Source: Bacteroidaceae bacterium (GTDB taxonomy: Bacteria > Bacillota > Clostridia > Lachnospirales > Lachnospiraceae). Taken from it: a stretch of 64,000 bases of DNA. The position numbers were made by a program, and so were the translations under genes. Below, in pieces: positions 34,966 to 45,100 of the stretch (its first letter is position 1; each line of letters opens with the position of its first letter). The notes under the pieces were generated by a model. It did no database searches. It saw only the letters and a list, made by a program, of their open reading frames with translations, and was not told where the DNA came from. Location of the stretch: assembly GCA_963620785.1 (NCBI GenBank), contig CAVFAT010000051.1, positions 13,416-77,415 on the forward strand. The letters run 5' to 3'.

Positions 34966-37289
34966 CAGCCTGCCGTCCTTTCTATATCCATAACGCCTGC
35001 GATCTGCCGGATCTTTCCTGTCAGCTCAGCAAGCTCATCTTTATTTTTGATCTCAAAGCCAAGAGAAAGGGTCGCCACACCCTGCTTGCTGATGCGGGAT
35101 GACATATTGATGATATCGATATCCTTCTCTGTAAAAATACGGCTGATATCTGCGAGAAGTCCGGTTCTGTTATTGGCGAATACCTTGATCTCAACCAGAT
35201 ATTTCTCATCCTTGCTGCCAACGATACCGCCCTGCCATTCTGCCTCGATCAGCCTGTCTTTTTCAAAATCAGACAGATGAATGATGTTGGTACAGTCGGT
35301 TCTGTGAATGGAAACACCTCTTCCTCTGGTAACAAAGCCAACGATCTCGTCACCCGGAACCGGATTGCAGCATTTCGAAAAGCGAACTGCCATATCATCC
35401 ATGCCCTTGACAATAATACCGCTCTTGGACTTTCTGGCCGGCTTCTGCTGGGCTTTTTCTTTATTTTCTTCTACATTGCTAAGAACTTCCTCATCCGTAA
35501 TTTGCTTCGGATGATCTTTTTCGTAGCAATCCGCCAGTTTATTGACAACCTGGCCTTCCTTCAAGCCACCATGTCCGATCGATGCCAGAACCGCATCCCA
35601 GTTATGATAGCCGTACTTGCGAACCACCACCTTCTGGTATTCCGCTTTATTGATCTCTCCAAGGTCAAGTCCCTTTTGCTTGGCATTTGCTGCAAGCAGT
35701 TCCTTGCCCTTTTGGATATTTTCTTCCTTGAACTGGCTCTTGAACCAGGAATTAATCTTACTCTTGGCCTGAGCACTCTTGACAATACCAAGCCAGTCTC
35801 TGCTGGGTCCCTGGGCATTCTGAGAGGTTACGATCTCTACCCGGTCTCCATTCCTGAGCTGATAATCAATCGGAACCAGACGGTTATTGACCTTAGCGCC
35901 AACCATCCTGTTGCCGACTGCTGTATGGATCGCATAGGCAAAATCGATCGGCGTCGATCCAATCGGCAGACTCTTTACATCACCCGCCGGTGTAAAGCAA
36001 AATACAGAGTCGGAAAAGAGGTTCAGATCACTCTTCAGGATACTTAAGAATTCTCTGTTGTCAGACATATCCTGCTGCCATTCCAGAATCTGACGCAGCC
36101 AGGAAAGCTTCTCCTCTTCCTGCATGGAAGGCGTATTGCCATTGGACTCTTCCTTATATTTCCAGTGAGCAGCAATACCGAACTCTGCTGTCTTGTGCAT
36201 CTCAAAGGTACGGATCTGGATCTCAAAAGGCTGTCCGTTCTTCCCGATCAGAGTCGTATGCAGAGACTGATACATATTGGGTTTCGGCATGGCAATATAA
36301 TCCTTGAAGCGTCCCGGAATCGGATTATAAGCCTCATGGATAGCGCCCAGAGCCGCATAGCAGTCACGAACTGACTCTACAATAATACGAATTGCAAAAA
36401 GATCATAGATCTGATCCAGGGTCTTGTTTTGATTCACCATCTTCTTATAAATACTGAAGAAGTGCTTTACCCTGCCTTCAATTGCTGCCTCTATATCCGC
36501 ATCCTTAATGATCTGCTTTACCTCGCTGACCAGGTCTGCGATATATTCCTCTCTGGCTGACTTGCGCATGGCAATCTTTTCAACCAGATCATAATAAGCA
36601 TCCGGTTCCAAATACTTCAGGGAAAGATCATCCAGCTCGATCTTGATCTTGGAAATACCAAGCCTTTGTGCGATCGGAGAATAGATCTCCATGGTTTCCC
36701 TTGCCTTCTCCTTTTGCTTCTCCGGCTTCATATACTGAAGGGTTCGCATATTATGAAGTCTGTCGGCAAGCTTGATCACGATAACCCGGATATCCTTTGC
36801 CATAGCAAGAAACATCTTACGAAGATTCTCACCCTGAACCTCTACCTTATCCGCGTCATAAGAAAGCTGTCCTAACTTGGTTACTCCGTCAACCAGGTGC
36901 TCTACATCCTCACCAAATTCAGCCCGGATTTCTTCATTGGTCATCACGGTATCTTCTACTACATCATGCAGTAAGCCGGCGATGATCGTTTCTTTGTCCA
37001 GTTCCAGATCTGCAAGAATGATCGCAACACACAGGGGATGAATGATATAAGGCTCACCGGATTTTCTTTTCTGATCCTTGTGGGCCTCACTGGCAATCTT
37101 ATATGCCTTTTCTACCATCGTCGTATCTGCAGATGGATGATATTCCTTAATTCTTTTTACCAGAGCTGCATAAAGATCCTCTGGTTTTTCAAAATCATGT
37201 GTTGGCGTGACGGCTTCCCGATGGGTTGCATCCAGGATGTCTTCCTCGATCTTCTTCATTTTTTCATCTTTGGTGATCGTATCTGCCAT
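34965..37289 (-). CDS. relA: Bifunctional (p)ppGpp synthetase/hydrolase (RSH)
   Basis: Has an HD hydrolase domain (LLHDVVEDT), a synthetase domain (RFKDYIAMPKPNMYQSLHT), and TGS and ACT regions. Start set to the ATG at 37289, 8 nt after GGAGG; the track ORF begins at a GTG at 37298. Confidence 0.95.
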   Translation of the reverse strand: MADTITKDEKMKKIEEDILDATHREAVTPTHDFEKPEDLYAALVKRIKEYHPSADTTMVEKAYKIASEAHKDQKRKSGEPYIIHPLCVAIILADLELDKETIIAGLLHDVVEDTVMTNEEIRAEFGEDVEHLVDGVTKLGQLSYDADKVEVQGENLRKMFLAMAKDIRVIVIKLADRLHNMRTLQYMKPEKQKEKARETMEIYSPIAQRLGISKIKIELDDLSLKYLEPDAYYDLVEKIAMRKSAREEYIADLVSEVKQIIKDADIEAAIEGRVKHFFSIYKKMVNQNKTLDQIYDLFAIRIIVESVRDCYAALGAIHEAYNPIPGRFKDYIAMPKPNMYQSLHTTLIGKNGQPFEIQIRTFEMHKTAEFGIAAHWKYKEESNGNTPSMQEEEKLSWLRQILEWQQDMSDNREFLSILKSDLNLFSDSVFCFTPAGDVKSLPIGSTPIDFAYAIHTAVGNRMVGAKVNNRLVPIDYQLRNGDRVEIVTSQNAQGPSRDWLGIVKSAQAKSKINSWFKSQFKEENIQKGKELLAANAKQKGLDLGEINKAEYQKVVVRKYGYHNWDAVLASIGHGGLKEGQVVNKLADCYEKDHPKQITDEEVLSNVEENKEKAQQKPARKSKSGIIVKGMDDMAVRFSKCCNPVPGDEIVGFVTRGRGVSIHRTDCTNIIHLSDFEKDRLIEAEWQGGIVGSKDEKYLVEIKVFANNRTGLLADISRIFTEKDIDIINMSSRISKQGVATLSLGFEIKNKDELAELTGKIRQIAGVMDIERTAG

Positions 37290-37346
37290 GTCACGCACCT
37301 CCTTCTCTCTCTAAAAACCCCAAAATTAAGCCATTATTAAAACAAC

Positions 37347-37375
37347 ATTATAAGCGATATCTGTTAAGAAAGCAA
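37347..37375 (-). promoter_or_regulatory. Consensus-like sigma-A promoter (TTGCTT-N17-TATAAT) for the relA operon
   Basis: Minus-strand read: TTGCTTTCTTAACAGATATCGCTTATAAT. Located about 60 nt upstream of the relA start. Confidence 0.55.
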
Positions 37376-37414
37376 CGAATACAGCCTGCTTCCAAAAGAG
37401 ATTCTGACAAAAGT

Positions 37415-38275
37415 TTACAGTGACAGCAAATAGACTTCCTCTCCTTCTGCTTTTTGGAAGGCGAGACTTTTTGCAAGGGCTAAACTTGCCTTGTTTTCCT
37501 CACTGATTCTGCAGGAAATTCTCGGATAATCCGTATGCTCCCTCATCCAGTCAATCACTGCAAGACAGGCCTCTCTTGCATATCCTCTTCCGCGATACTC
37601 TGCGGCTATGGCATAGCCCAGATCAGGAAGGACCTCTCCCTCATATTCCTTCAGTTCAAAACCAAGCCTTCCGATTACGGTATTGCTTTCCCGAAGAAGC
37701 AAGGTCCATATGCCAAATTCCAGAAGACCATAGATATTTTTCTGATAAGCAAGCAGCTTTTGATACTCACTTTCGTAGTCCTCCATCGGCGGCAGAAAAC
37801 GGAGCAGCTCCTCATCCTTATAAATCTGAAGAAGCGCATCCAGATCCGCTTCACTTGTCTCCCGAATCAAAAGATGTTCTGTCTGCGCAATCTCCCAGGG
37901 AAGGGAGTGACATCTCCGGTAAACCCCTTCGATATAATCGCTGTTCAGACAAGAGACATCCTCTGCCACATAATCGGTAAATAAACGAATTTCCTTTTCC
38001 AAACCGAGAACGGCAATTCCTGCATAGTCTGCCAGTTCCAAATGCCCCATGTCAGAGCTGATCAGAATGGCATCCTCCTCAAAGCGGAGCATTTTCTTCA
38101 TTCTCTCCGGATCTCCCATCATGGAGATTCTGCTGTTTACGATCTTCCAGGAACGTTCTGTTCCGGGATCAAAGGGAAGAAGGGTGAAATTTTCTTTTAA
38201 TTCTTCGGAAGGCTCTTCTCCTTCCACATCCCAGAAAATCCGGCCGCATAACTTTTCTGTCTGATTTATTTCCAT
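37415..38275 (-). CDS. GNAT-family N-acetyltransferase (RimJ/RimL-like C-terminal domain) with an unassigned N-terminal domain
   Basis: 286 aa. The C-terminal half (…GYAIAAEYRGRGYAREA…) carries the GNAT acetyl-CoA motif. Confidence 0.75.
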   Translation of the reverse strand: MEINQTEKLCGRIFWDVEGEEPSEELKENFTLLPFDPGTERSWKIVNSRISMMGDPERMKKMLRFEEDAILISSDMGHLELADYAGIAVLGLEKEIRLFTDYVAEDVSCLNSDYIEGVYRRCHSLPWEIAQTEHLLIRETSEADLDALLQIYKDEELLRFLPPMEDYESEYQKLLAYQKNIYGLLEFGIWTLLLRESNTVIGRLGFELKEYEGEVLPDLGYAIAAEYRGRGYAREACLAVIDWMREHTDYPRISCRISEENKASLALAKSLAFQKAEGEEVYLLSL

Positions 38276-38380
38276 TTTCTACTTTCTAACCTCAAATTCA
38301 TTTTTCATTCATTTTTATTTTAGCTCTGCCCTCTTGCCTTTTTCTTCCATTCGGCTGCAAAGCCTTCCATTTTCGCCATT

Positions 38381-39337
38381 TTATTTTTCTTCCCGAAGCT
38401 CTGATGGGCCCCATTTTGCAATGGACCACTTAATCAGAAAAGGAGAAAGCAGATCTGTCAGCGCAACAGCCAGTCCGATCTGTGCGGCAGCTGAAGACGC
38501 ATATATGGCATATTCCGGAATTGCCGCCGCAACCGCTGCCGGCATGATAATTGAAACACCCGACATAGAGGTCATGGAAACTGCCGCATAGCCCGGCCTT
38601 TTCAAGAGTCTCTTATCCACCAAAAGCATAAGAGGAATAGAGACCAGAAAATAAAGAATCGTCAGAATGCATCCCGGAAGAAGCTGACCGATCAATTCTG
38701 TCCAATTCATGGTGGCTCCACAGGTGATTCCTAAAAAGATAATAAAGACCGGTGTTGCCATACCAAAGGTCTGACCCAGTTCATGATCCAGATTTCCGAA
38801 AAGCATTCCCAAAAGGAAGGGAATCAGGGTCGTCAGAAGACTCATTAAATCCGCACTTACCCCTGCCGCAAAGCCCAGCATCAGAATCGGAATCGCCGGA
38901 ACCGGTACCAGATTCATGATACCAAAGCCAGGAATATCGTACTTATCTCCGTATTCCTGACTAACTGCCAGATATACACCCGGATTACAGCTTACCAGAG
39001 TGATCACGATCGCAAGGGCTGAAATACCGAAGAAACCATCCATACCGAATATCTTCAGTACAAGAAATTCCGCCAAAAGCCCGATCAGAATTCTGGATAT
39101 GCTGAGTGCACCGCCCCTTTTCATTGCCGGGAAAAAATCGTGGATATCAAATGCAGCCCCTGCAATAAAGATCAATACCGCAATGATAAAATTCGTACTT
39201 TCTGAAGAAAAAAGAGCGCTTGTAAAACCGCCCAGCTTGACAAAGCCCGGAAAAAGGGTTGCCACAATCGACATCGCAATCATGGGAACCAAATATGCTC
39301 CACCCGGAATTTTGTTCATAAACTTCATTATTTTCAT
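38381..39337 (-). CDS. kdgT: 2-keto-3-deoxygluconate permease family transporter
   Basis: 318 aa. The N-terminus (…NKIPGGAYLVPMI…GGFTSALF…) and the length match the KdgT family. The choice of start Met is uncertain. Confidence 0.7.
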   Translation of the reverse strand: MKIMKFMNKIPGGAYLVPMIAMSIVATLFPGFVKLGGFTSALFSSESTNFIIAVLIFIAGAAFDIHDFFPAMKRGGALSISRILIGLLAEFLVLKIFGMDGFFGISALAIVITLVSCNPGVYLAVSQEYGDKYDIPGFGIMNLVPVPAIPILMLGFAAGVSADLMSLLTTLIPFLLGMLFGNLDHELGQTFGMATPVFIIFLGITCGATMNWTELIGQLLPGCILTILYFLVSIPLMLLVDKRLLKRPGYAAVSMTSMSGVSIIMPAAVAAAIPEYAIYASSAAAQIGLAVALTDLLSPFLIKWSIAKWGPSELREEK

Positions 39338-39479
39338 GCTTCTATTCCTGCCTTTTTCTTTACGAAAGCTGCATTTTCGATTAAAATAGGAAAGATCCTA
39401 ATGATGAATGCAACTTGCATTATTGTATAACATTTTTCGCGCATTCATCAATATTAATTACAGAATGGAGGTCATTTAA

Positions 39480-40001
39480 ATGGCACAGAATCCGATCGTT
39501 ACAATTGAAATGGAAAACGGCGATACAATTAAAGCAGAGCTGTATCCGGAGATTGCTCCCAACACAGTAAACAACTTCATCTCTCTGATTCAGGAAGGTT
39601 TCTATGACGGCGTTATCTTCCACAGAGTTATCCCAGGCTTTATGATCCAGGGAGGAGATCCTCAGGGAACCGGTATGGGCGGCCCCGGATATGAAATCGA
39701 TGGTGAATTTTCACAGAATGGTTTTGAGAACAATTTGAAGCATACTGAGGGTGTTCTTTCCATGGCAAGAACAATGGACCCGAATTCAGCCGGATCCCAG
39801 TTCTTTATCATGCATCAGACCTCTCCGCATCTGGATGGTGCTTATGCCGGATTCGGCAAGGTCATCGAAGGCCTTGAGGTTGTTGATAAAATTGCCACAG
39901 TTGACAGAGACTGGAGCGATAAGCCTACCACTCCCCAGGTTATGAAGAGTGTTACGGTTGAGACCTTCGGCGTAGAATACGACGAGCCTGTCACACACTA
40001 A
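39480..40001 (+). CDS. ppiB: Peptidyl-prolyl cis-trans isomerase, cyclophilin type
   Basis: 173 aa. Has the FHRVIPGFMIQGGDP motif. GGAGG RBS. Confidence 0.94.
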   Translation: MAQNPIVTIEMENGDTIKAELYPEIAPNTVNNFISLIQEGFYDGVIFHRVIPGFMIQGGDPQGTGMGGPGYEIDGEFSQNGFENNLKHTEGVLSMARTMDPNSAGSQFFIMHQTSPHLDGAYAGFGKVIEGLEVVDKIATVDRDWSDKPTTPQVMKSVTVETFGVEYDEPVTH

Positions 40002-40061
40002 GAAAATGCTGATTCTATCTGCCTTCTTCTAAGCAGGAGGCATTGTATCAGAAAACTTTAT

Positions 40062-40132
40062 GAAAGGAAGCCGATTCCTTAAGGGTTTTGTCTGCTTTGC
40101 AGGCCCCTTTCGGAATGGGCTTCCTTTTTATT
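40062..40132 (+). terminator. Intrinsic terminator after ppiB
   Basis: GAAAGGAAGCCGATTCC ... GGAATGGGCTTCCTTTTTATT, a long imperfect stem followed by a T-run. Confidence 0.6.
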
Positions 40133-40298
40133 ATTATGTTTTCTTTTATCTGCCCTCTTTTTATCCCACTTTTCACTGTACTTTTATTGTATAGGAGACG
40201 GCAGGAAACTCCCTTTCTATTCTGGCTTTCAATTCTTTATTTCTATTTTTTTGTTTAACATTTATTTAACAATCTGGTCTTATTAATTTGATTAGTTT

Positions 40299-40328
40299 TT
40301 AACAGAATCTGATATCCAGTTTTAAAAT
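40299..40328 (+). promoter_or_regulatory. Candidate sigma-A promoter (TTAACA-N18-TAAAAT) for the alcohol dehydrogenase gene
   Basis: Read directly from the sequence. About 95 nt upstream of the ATG, in an AT-rich region. Confidence 0.35.
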
Positions 40329-40422
40329 CGTTTTGGTTATTTTTTCATGAAAAAGAAGCTGATATGATAGGCGCAGATCCGGCAAGAGAAACGAAAAGAT
40401 ATAATGGAAAGGATGAAAAACT

Positions 40423-41574
40423 ATGTCAACAACTTATTACTTCTTACCAACAAGAAACCTGTTTGGAGAGGATTCCGTACAGGAAGCAGGAAGCTTAATG
40501 CAGAGTCTGGGTGGAAAAAAGGTAATGATCGTTACCGATTCCTTCCTTGCAACAAGCGGCATGGCAGAAGATATTCAGAAGATCTTAACCGCTGCCGATG
40601 TAGATAGCGTTGTATTTGGCGGCGCAGAACCCAACCCCAAGGATACCAATGTAGAAGAAGGCTTAAAGGTCTTCAATGAGAACGGCTGCGACTCCATCAT
40701 TTCACTGGGCGGCGGCTCCTCTCATGACTGTGCAAAGGCAATTGCCCTGGTTGCTTCCAACGGTGGAAATATTCGCGATTATGAAGGTGTTGATAAGGCA
40801 AGCAAGCCCTTATGCCCCATGATCGCAATCAATACAACGGCCGGTACCGCATCTGAGATTACCCGTTTCTGTATCATCACCGATACCAGCCGTCATGTAA
40901 AAATGGCAATTGTAGACTGGAGAGTTACACCCCAGATCGCTATCAATGATCCCAAGCTGATGGTAGGCATGCCGCCATCATTAACCGCAGCAACCGGAAT
41001 GGATGCTTTAACCCACGCAATCGAGGCTTACGTATCAACTGATGCCAATCCTCTGACAGACGCTGCTGCTCTCATGGCAATCACCATGATCACCCAGTAT
41101 CTGCCAAAGGCAGTTGCCAACGGTGTTTATATGAAAGCCCGTGACAAAATGGCATATGGCCAGTATCTTGCAGGAATTGCTTTCAACAATGCTTCCTTAG
41201 GCTATGTACATGCCATGGCTCATCAGTTAGGCGGTTTCTATAACCTGCCCCACGGTGTATGCAATGCAATACTCCTGCCTCATGTAGAAGAATTCAACCT
41301 GATCGGAAATGCAAACCGCTTCCGTGATATTGCTAAGGCAATGGGCGAAAACATTGACGGCCTTTCCACTATGGATGCCGCAAGAAAGGCAATCGCCGCA
41401 ATCCGCCAGCTTAGCAGTCAGGTTGGTATTCCTGAGAATTTAAGAGGCTTAGGTGTCAAAGAAGAAGACTTTGAGATCATGGCAGAGAATGCTATGAAGG
41501 ATGTCTGCCAGCTTACCAACCCGCGTAAGGCAACCAAAGAGCAGATCATCGGCATCTTCAAGGCAGCTTACTAA
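40423..41574 (+). CDS. Iron-containing (group III) alcohol dehydrogenase
   Basis: 383 aa. [11 protein letters not shown] motif and metal-binding His residues (…THAIEAY…, …HAMAHQLGG…, …LPHG…). Confidence 0.9.
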   Translation: MSTTYYFLPTRNLFGEDSVQEAGSLMQSLGGKKVMIVTDSFLATSGMAEDIQKILTAADVDSVVFGGAEPNPKDTNVEEGLKVFNENGCDSIISLGGGSSHDCAKAIALVASNGGNIRDYEGVDKASKPLCPMIAINTTAGTASEITRFCIITDTSRHVKMAIVDWRVTPQIAINDPKLMVGMPPSLTAATGMDALTHAIEAYVSTDANPLTDAAALMAITMITQYLPKAVANGVYMKARDKMAYGQYLAGIAFNNASLGYVHAMAHQLGGFYNLPHGVCNAILLPHVEEFNLIGNANRFRDIAKAMGENIDGLSTMDAARKAIAAIRQLSSQVGIPENLRGLGVKEEDFEIMAENAMKDVCQLTNPRKATKEQIIGIFKAAY

Positions 41575-44500
41575 GAATTTCTTTTTTCAAATGGAAGGAA
41601 TAAAGAATTGCTTCTTCTACTCTTTTGCCCGATGCACGCAGGGCATGGGCATATAATTCCATTTGTCTGCAGTAACGGTCGGTCAGTTTCTTTTCGGAGC
41701 TGACCCGGTCGGTTTTATAATCCACCAGAACCGTTCTGCCATCTTCCTCAAAATAAGCATCCATTATTCCCTGGATCAGGATCGGTTCATCTGAATCAAG
41801 AGAAGGATCTGCCTCTCTTGCCTTCATGCTCATTACAAAAGGCTGCTCCTTTTTCAGGAATCCGGCTTCGTCCGCCTTTTTCATTCTTTTGAAAAGGGCA
41901 GAATCCAAAAAGCCCATCAGACTCTCCTGGCTGATCACAGACAGCTCCTCCTCACTGAGCTTGCCTGCAGCCAGGAGTTTTTCTATTTCTGCCTGCAGAT
42001 CTTCTTTTTTCTCAATCCGGGCGAAGGGCAGACACTCTAAAATTCGATGCATGGCAGTACCATAGGAGCTTCCCGCCCTTTTTTCTTTCTCTTCTCTTGC
42101 AAATTTCGGAATATAAAGTCCCTTCTTCTCACCGAAGCTTTCCCATATATCCTCGTTTTCTTCTCTGATCCGCTCCAGCTTTAACTCTGAAACTGAAAGC
42201 TTGGCCGGAATTACAGGCTTTTCCACCTGTTTTTCTTCTCTTGCAAAGCGCTCCCCTAAGACCTCATATTCTGCTTCCTGATAGAGCTTCTCCTCTGCAT
42301 TTGCTTTTTCACGCAAGAGATTTTTCTTAACTGCTTTCTGCGCTGCTTCTTCTACAATTTCCGAAGCATCGACCTTCCTGATCTCAAAAAGATCATCCTG
42401 CCATCCGATGCAGTCTGCAATCCAGTCCAGATAGGAAGAGGCATGAAATCTATTGTAAAAGCTGACATCAGAATTTTGTTTCTCCAGCTTCTCATAGATC
42501 TTGCCTAGATTTTTCTCATCTACAGAGGCTGTTATAATCAGCTTTTCTCTGGCTCTTGTCATCGCAACATAAAGGACACGAAGTTCCTCTGCCATCGTTT
42601 CCATCTCATTTTGAATTCGGATAGCCTTCTTTAAGGCTGTCTTATAACGGCTTCTCTTTTCTGTAGAAATATCATCCAGGCCGATACCAAATTTTCCATG
42701 CAGGAGGATCTTGTTATTCAGATCCATTTTATTAAAGTTTCGTCCGCAGCCACAAAGGAAAACAAGAGGAAACTCCAGTCCCTTGCTTTTATGAATGCTG
42801 TAAATCCGCACGGCATCTTCAGCCTGATCTGTATCCAGAGCTTCTCCATAGTCAATCTCGTAGCTCTGCAGCTGTTCAATATAACGGTTAAACTGAAAAA
42901 GTCCCCTATAGCTGCTTTTCTCAAAAGCAATTGCCTTTTCATAGAGCATACGGATATTGGCAAGTCTTTGGCTTCCTCCCGGCATTGCCGCTACAAGCTT
43001 ATCAAAAGAGGTCTCCTGTAAAAGGAGCTCCAAAAGCTCATGCATCTGCAGATAGCGGCTCTGCTCACGAAAGAAAGAAAGTTCCTGCAAAAAGTTCCGG
43101 CATTTTTCTTTCAGCTCAGAGTCTTCTCCCTTTTGGGCATAATTTCTGAAAGCATCATAATAATCCCCCTTCTTATAGTCAGCCCGGATCTTTGCCAGCA
43201 TTTCTCCTGTAAAAGAATAAATAGGACTCTTGAGAACAGATGCCAGAGGAATATCCTGTCTGGGATTATCAATGATCTGCAGATAGGCCAGAAGCTGACG
43301 GATCTCCCTTGCTGAAAAATAGCCTGTCTGGGACTGGCTGATTGCGGGAATACCGGCATCCTTCAGCACCTGTGTCATTCTTTCCGCCTTTCCCTTCAGA
43401 GATCGCATCAGGATAACAATGTCTCCATAGCGAATATCCCGCATCTGACCGCTTGCCTTATCAAAGACCTGATTTTTTGCGGAAGGATCCATCAGCTCAT
43501 GGATTCTCTTTGCTACAAGCGCCTCCTCTAATCCATCCTCCTTCTCAAAGAAAAGTACTTCCGTCTGATTGAAGCTGCTGTCTTCTGTCGGATAGAGATT
43601 TCCCGGGTAAAGCGCATTCTCCTCATTGTATTCGATTCCGCCCAGATCCTCCCTCATCAACTTGAAAAAGATCTGGTTGATGCTTTCCAGGACACAGCTT
43701 CTGCTTCGAAAGTTCTGGCTAAGCTCTATCTTGCAGTCCCTGTTTCCTCCTGTCTGATAGCTATGATACTTTTCCATAAACAGATCCGGTCTGGCAAGAC
43801 GAAAACCATAGATGGACTGCTTCACATCTCCTACCATAAACATATTCGGAATCTCTTCCCTGGATCTCGAAATCGTGGAAAGAATCAGTTCCTGCACATA
43901 GTTAGAATCCTGATACTCATCGATCATGATCTCTTCATAGAATCTGCGATATTCCTCTGCCGTATCAGTCGGCTCTCCTGTCTCTTCCTCTACTAGAATG
44001 CTTAAGGCCTTATGCTCCAGGTCCGAAAAATCGAGCAGATTCCGGTCTCTTTTTTCTGCCTCATACTGCTCTGCGAATTTTTGAACAAGACGAACCAGCT
44101 CCTCTGCAGATTCTGCCGCATTGTCCATATGCAAAAGCATCTCTTCCTCTGTCTGGCAAAACCATTTTGTCTGCAGGCTATTTATCTGATTTTTCAGTTC
44201 CTTCCGGATATCCTGCACTGCCTTTACCAGCTTTTCATCCATATCCTTCTTTTTAGAAGGCAGCCTGCCAAAGGAAAATTGATTAATCTCATCCCGGAGA
44301 ATAGAGAAATCCCGGCTTTTGGAAATATTGAAAAGGATCCTCTTCTCCTCCTCCAACACTTCTTCATAAACATAGGGTCCGCCTTCCATTCTGCATAATT
44401 CCAGCATTTCATCATAACGCAGCGCCAGGCCATAGAGTTCCGAAGCAAGAACCCTTCCCACCTCCTGCATCCATTCTGTCTGCAGGAGTTCCTCTTCGCT

Positions 44501-45100
44501 CTGCAGATGATAGGCCTTTGCTGCCTCCTCCAGCCACTGTTTTGGCCAGGGTGCACTCATGGCATATTCATAAACCCTCAATATGGCTTCTTTTAAAGGC
44601 TTGTCCTTCTTATCCGAGGAAAAGCGTTCTGCAAAGGTAAGAAAAGTATCTTTTCCCTCTTCATATTCATTCTCCAAAAGTCGATCAAGTACATCGCTCT
44701 TCAAAAGCTGGATTTCTCCATCATCTCCGATTCGGAAAGCCGGCTCCAGATTGATCTTATAAAAATAGTTCTGAATGACAGATTTACAAAAGCTGTGAAT
44801 CGTCGTAATTCTAGCATTATGAATCAGGGAGGACTGCCTCAGTAAATGTGCATTTCCCGGCTCCTCTTCCAGCTTCTTCTCGATGGCATCTGCAATTCTT
44901 TCTCTCATTTCAGATGCAGCCGCATTGGTAAAGGTAACAACCAGAATACGGTCGATATCGACCTTCTGCTCTTCGTCCAAAATCCGCTGAATGATCCTTT
45001 CCACCAGAACTGCAGTCTTACCTGATCCAGCTGCTGCCGATACCAGAATATTTCTCTTCCTGCGGGAGATGACTTCCTGCTGTTTTTTTGTCCATTTCAT
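41558..45100 (-). CDS. addA: ATP-dependent helicase/nuclease AddA
   Basis: 1180 aa. UvrD-like Walker [14 protein letters not shown] and a C-terminal PD-(D/E)xK nuclease region (…GIMDAYFEE…VDYKTD…). Overlaps addB by 4 nt. Confidence 0.93.
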   Translation of the reverse strand: MKWTKKQQEVISRRKRNILVSAAAGSGKTAVLVERIIQRILDEEQKVDIDRILVVTFTNAAASEMRERIADAIEKKLEEEPGNAHLLRQSSLIHNARITTIHSFCKSVIQNYFYKINLEPAFRIGDDGEIQLLKSDVLDRLLENEYEEGKDTFLTFAERFSSDKKDKPLKEAILRVYEYAMSAPWPKQWLEEAAKAYHLQSEEELLQTEWMQEVGRVLASELYGLALRYDEMLELCRMEGGPYVYEEVLEEEKRILFNISKSRDFSILRDEINQFSFGRLPSKKKDMDEKLVKAVQDIRKELKNQINSLQTKWFCQTEEEMLLHMDNAAESAEELVRLVQKFAEQYEAEKRDRNLLDFSDLEHKALSILVEEETGEPTDTAEEYRRFYEEIMIDEYQDSNYVQELILSTISRSREEIPNMFMVGDVKQSIYGFRLARPDLFMEKYHSYQTGGNRDCKIELSQNFRSRSCVLESINQIFFKLMREDLGGIEYNEENALYPGNLYPTEDSSFNQTEVLFFEKEDGLEEALVAKRIHELMDPSAKNQVFDKASGQMRDIRYGDIVILMRSLKGKAERMTQVLKDAGIPAISQSQTGYFSAREIRQLLAYLQIIDNPRQDIPLASVLKSPIYSFTGEMLAKIRADYKKGDYYDAFRNYAQKGEDSELKEKCRNFLQELSFFREQSRYLQMHELLELLLQETSFDKLVAAMPGGSQRLANIRMLYEKAIAFEKSSYRGLFQFNRYIEQLQSYEIDYGEALDTDQAEDAVRIYSIHKSKGLEFPLVFLCGCGRNFNKMDLNNKILLHGKFGIGLDDISTEKRSRYKTALKKAIRIQNEMETMAEELRVLYVAMTRAREKLIITASVDEKNLGKIYEKLEKQNSDVSFYNRFHASSYLDWIADCIGWQDDLFEIRKVDASEIVEEAAQKAVKKNLLREKANAEEKLYQEAEYEVLGERFAREEKQVEKPVIPAKLSVSELKLERIREENEDIWESFGEKKGLYIPKFAREEKEKRAGSSYGTAMHRILECLPFARIEKKEDLQAEIEKLLAAGKLSEEELSVISQESLMGFLDSALFKRMKKADEAGFLKKEQPFVMSMKAREADPSLDSDEPILIQGIMDAYFEEDGRTVLVDYKTDRVSSEKKLTDRYCRQMELYAHALRASGKRVEEAILYSFHLKKEILSKLP

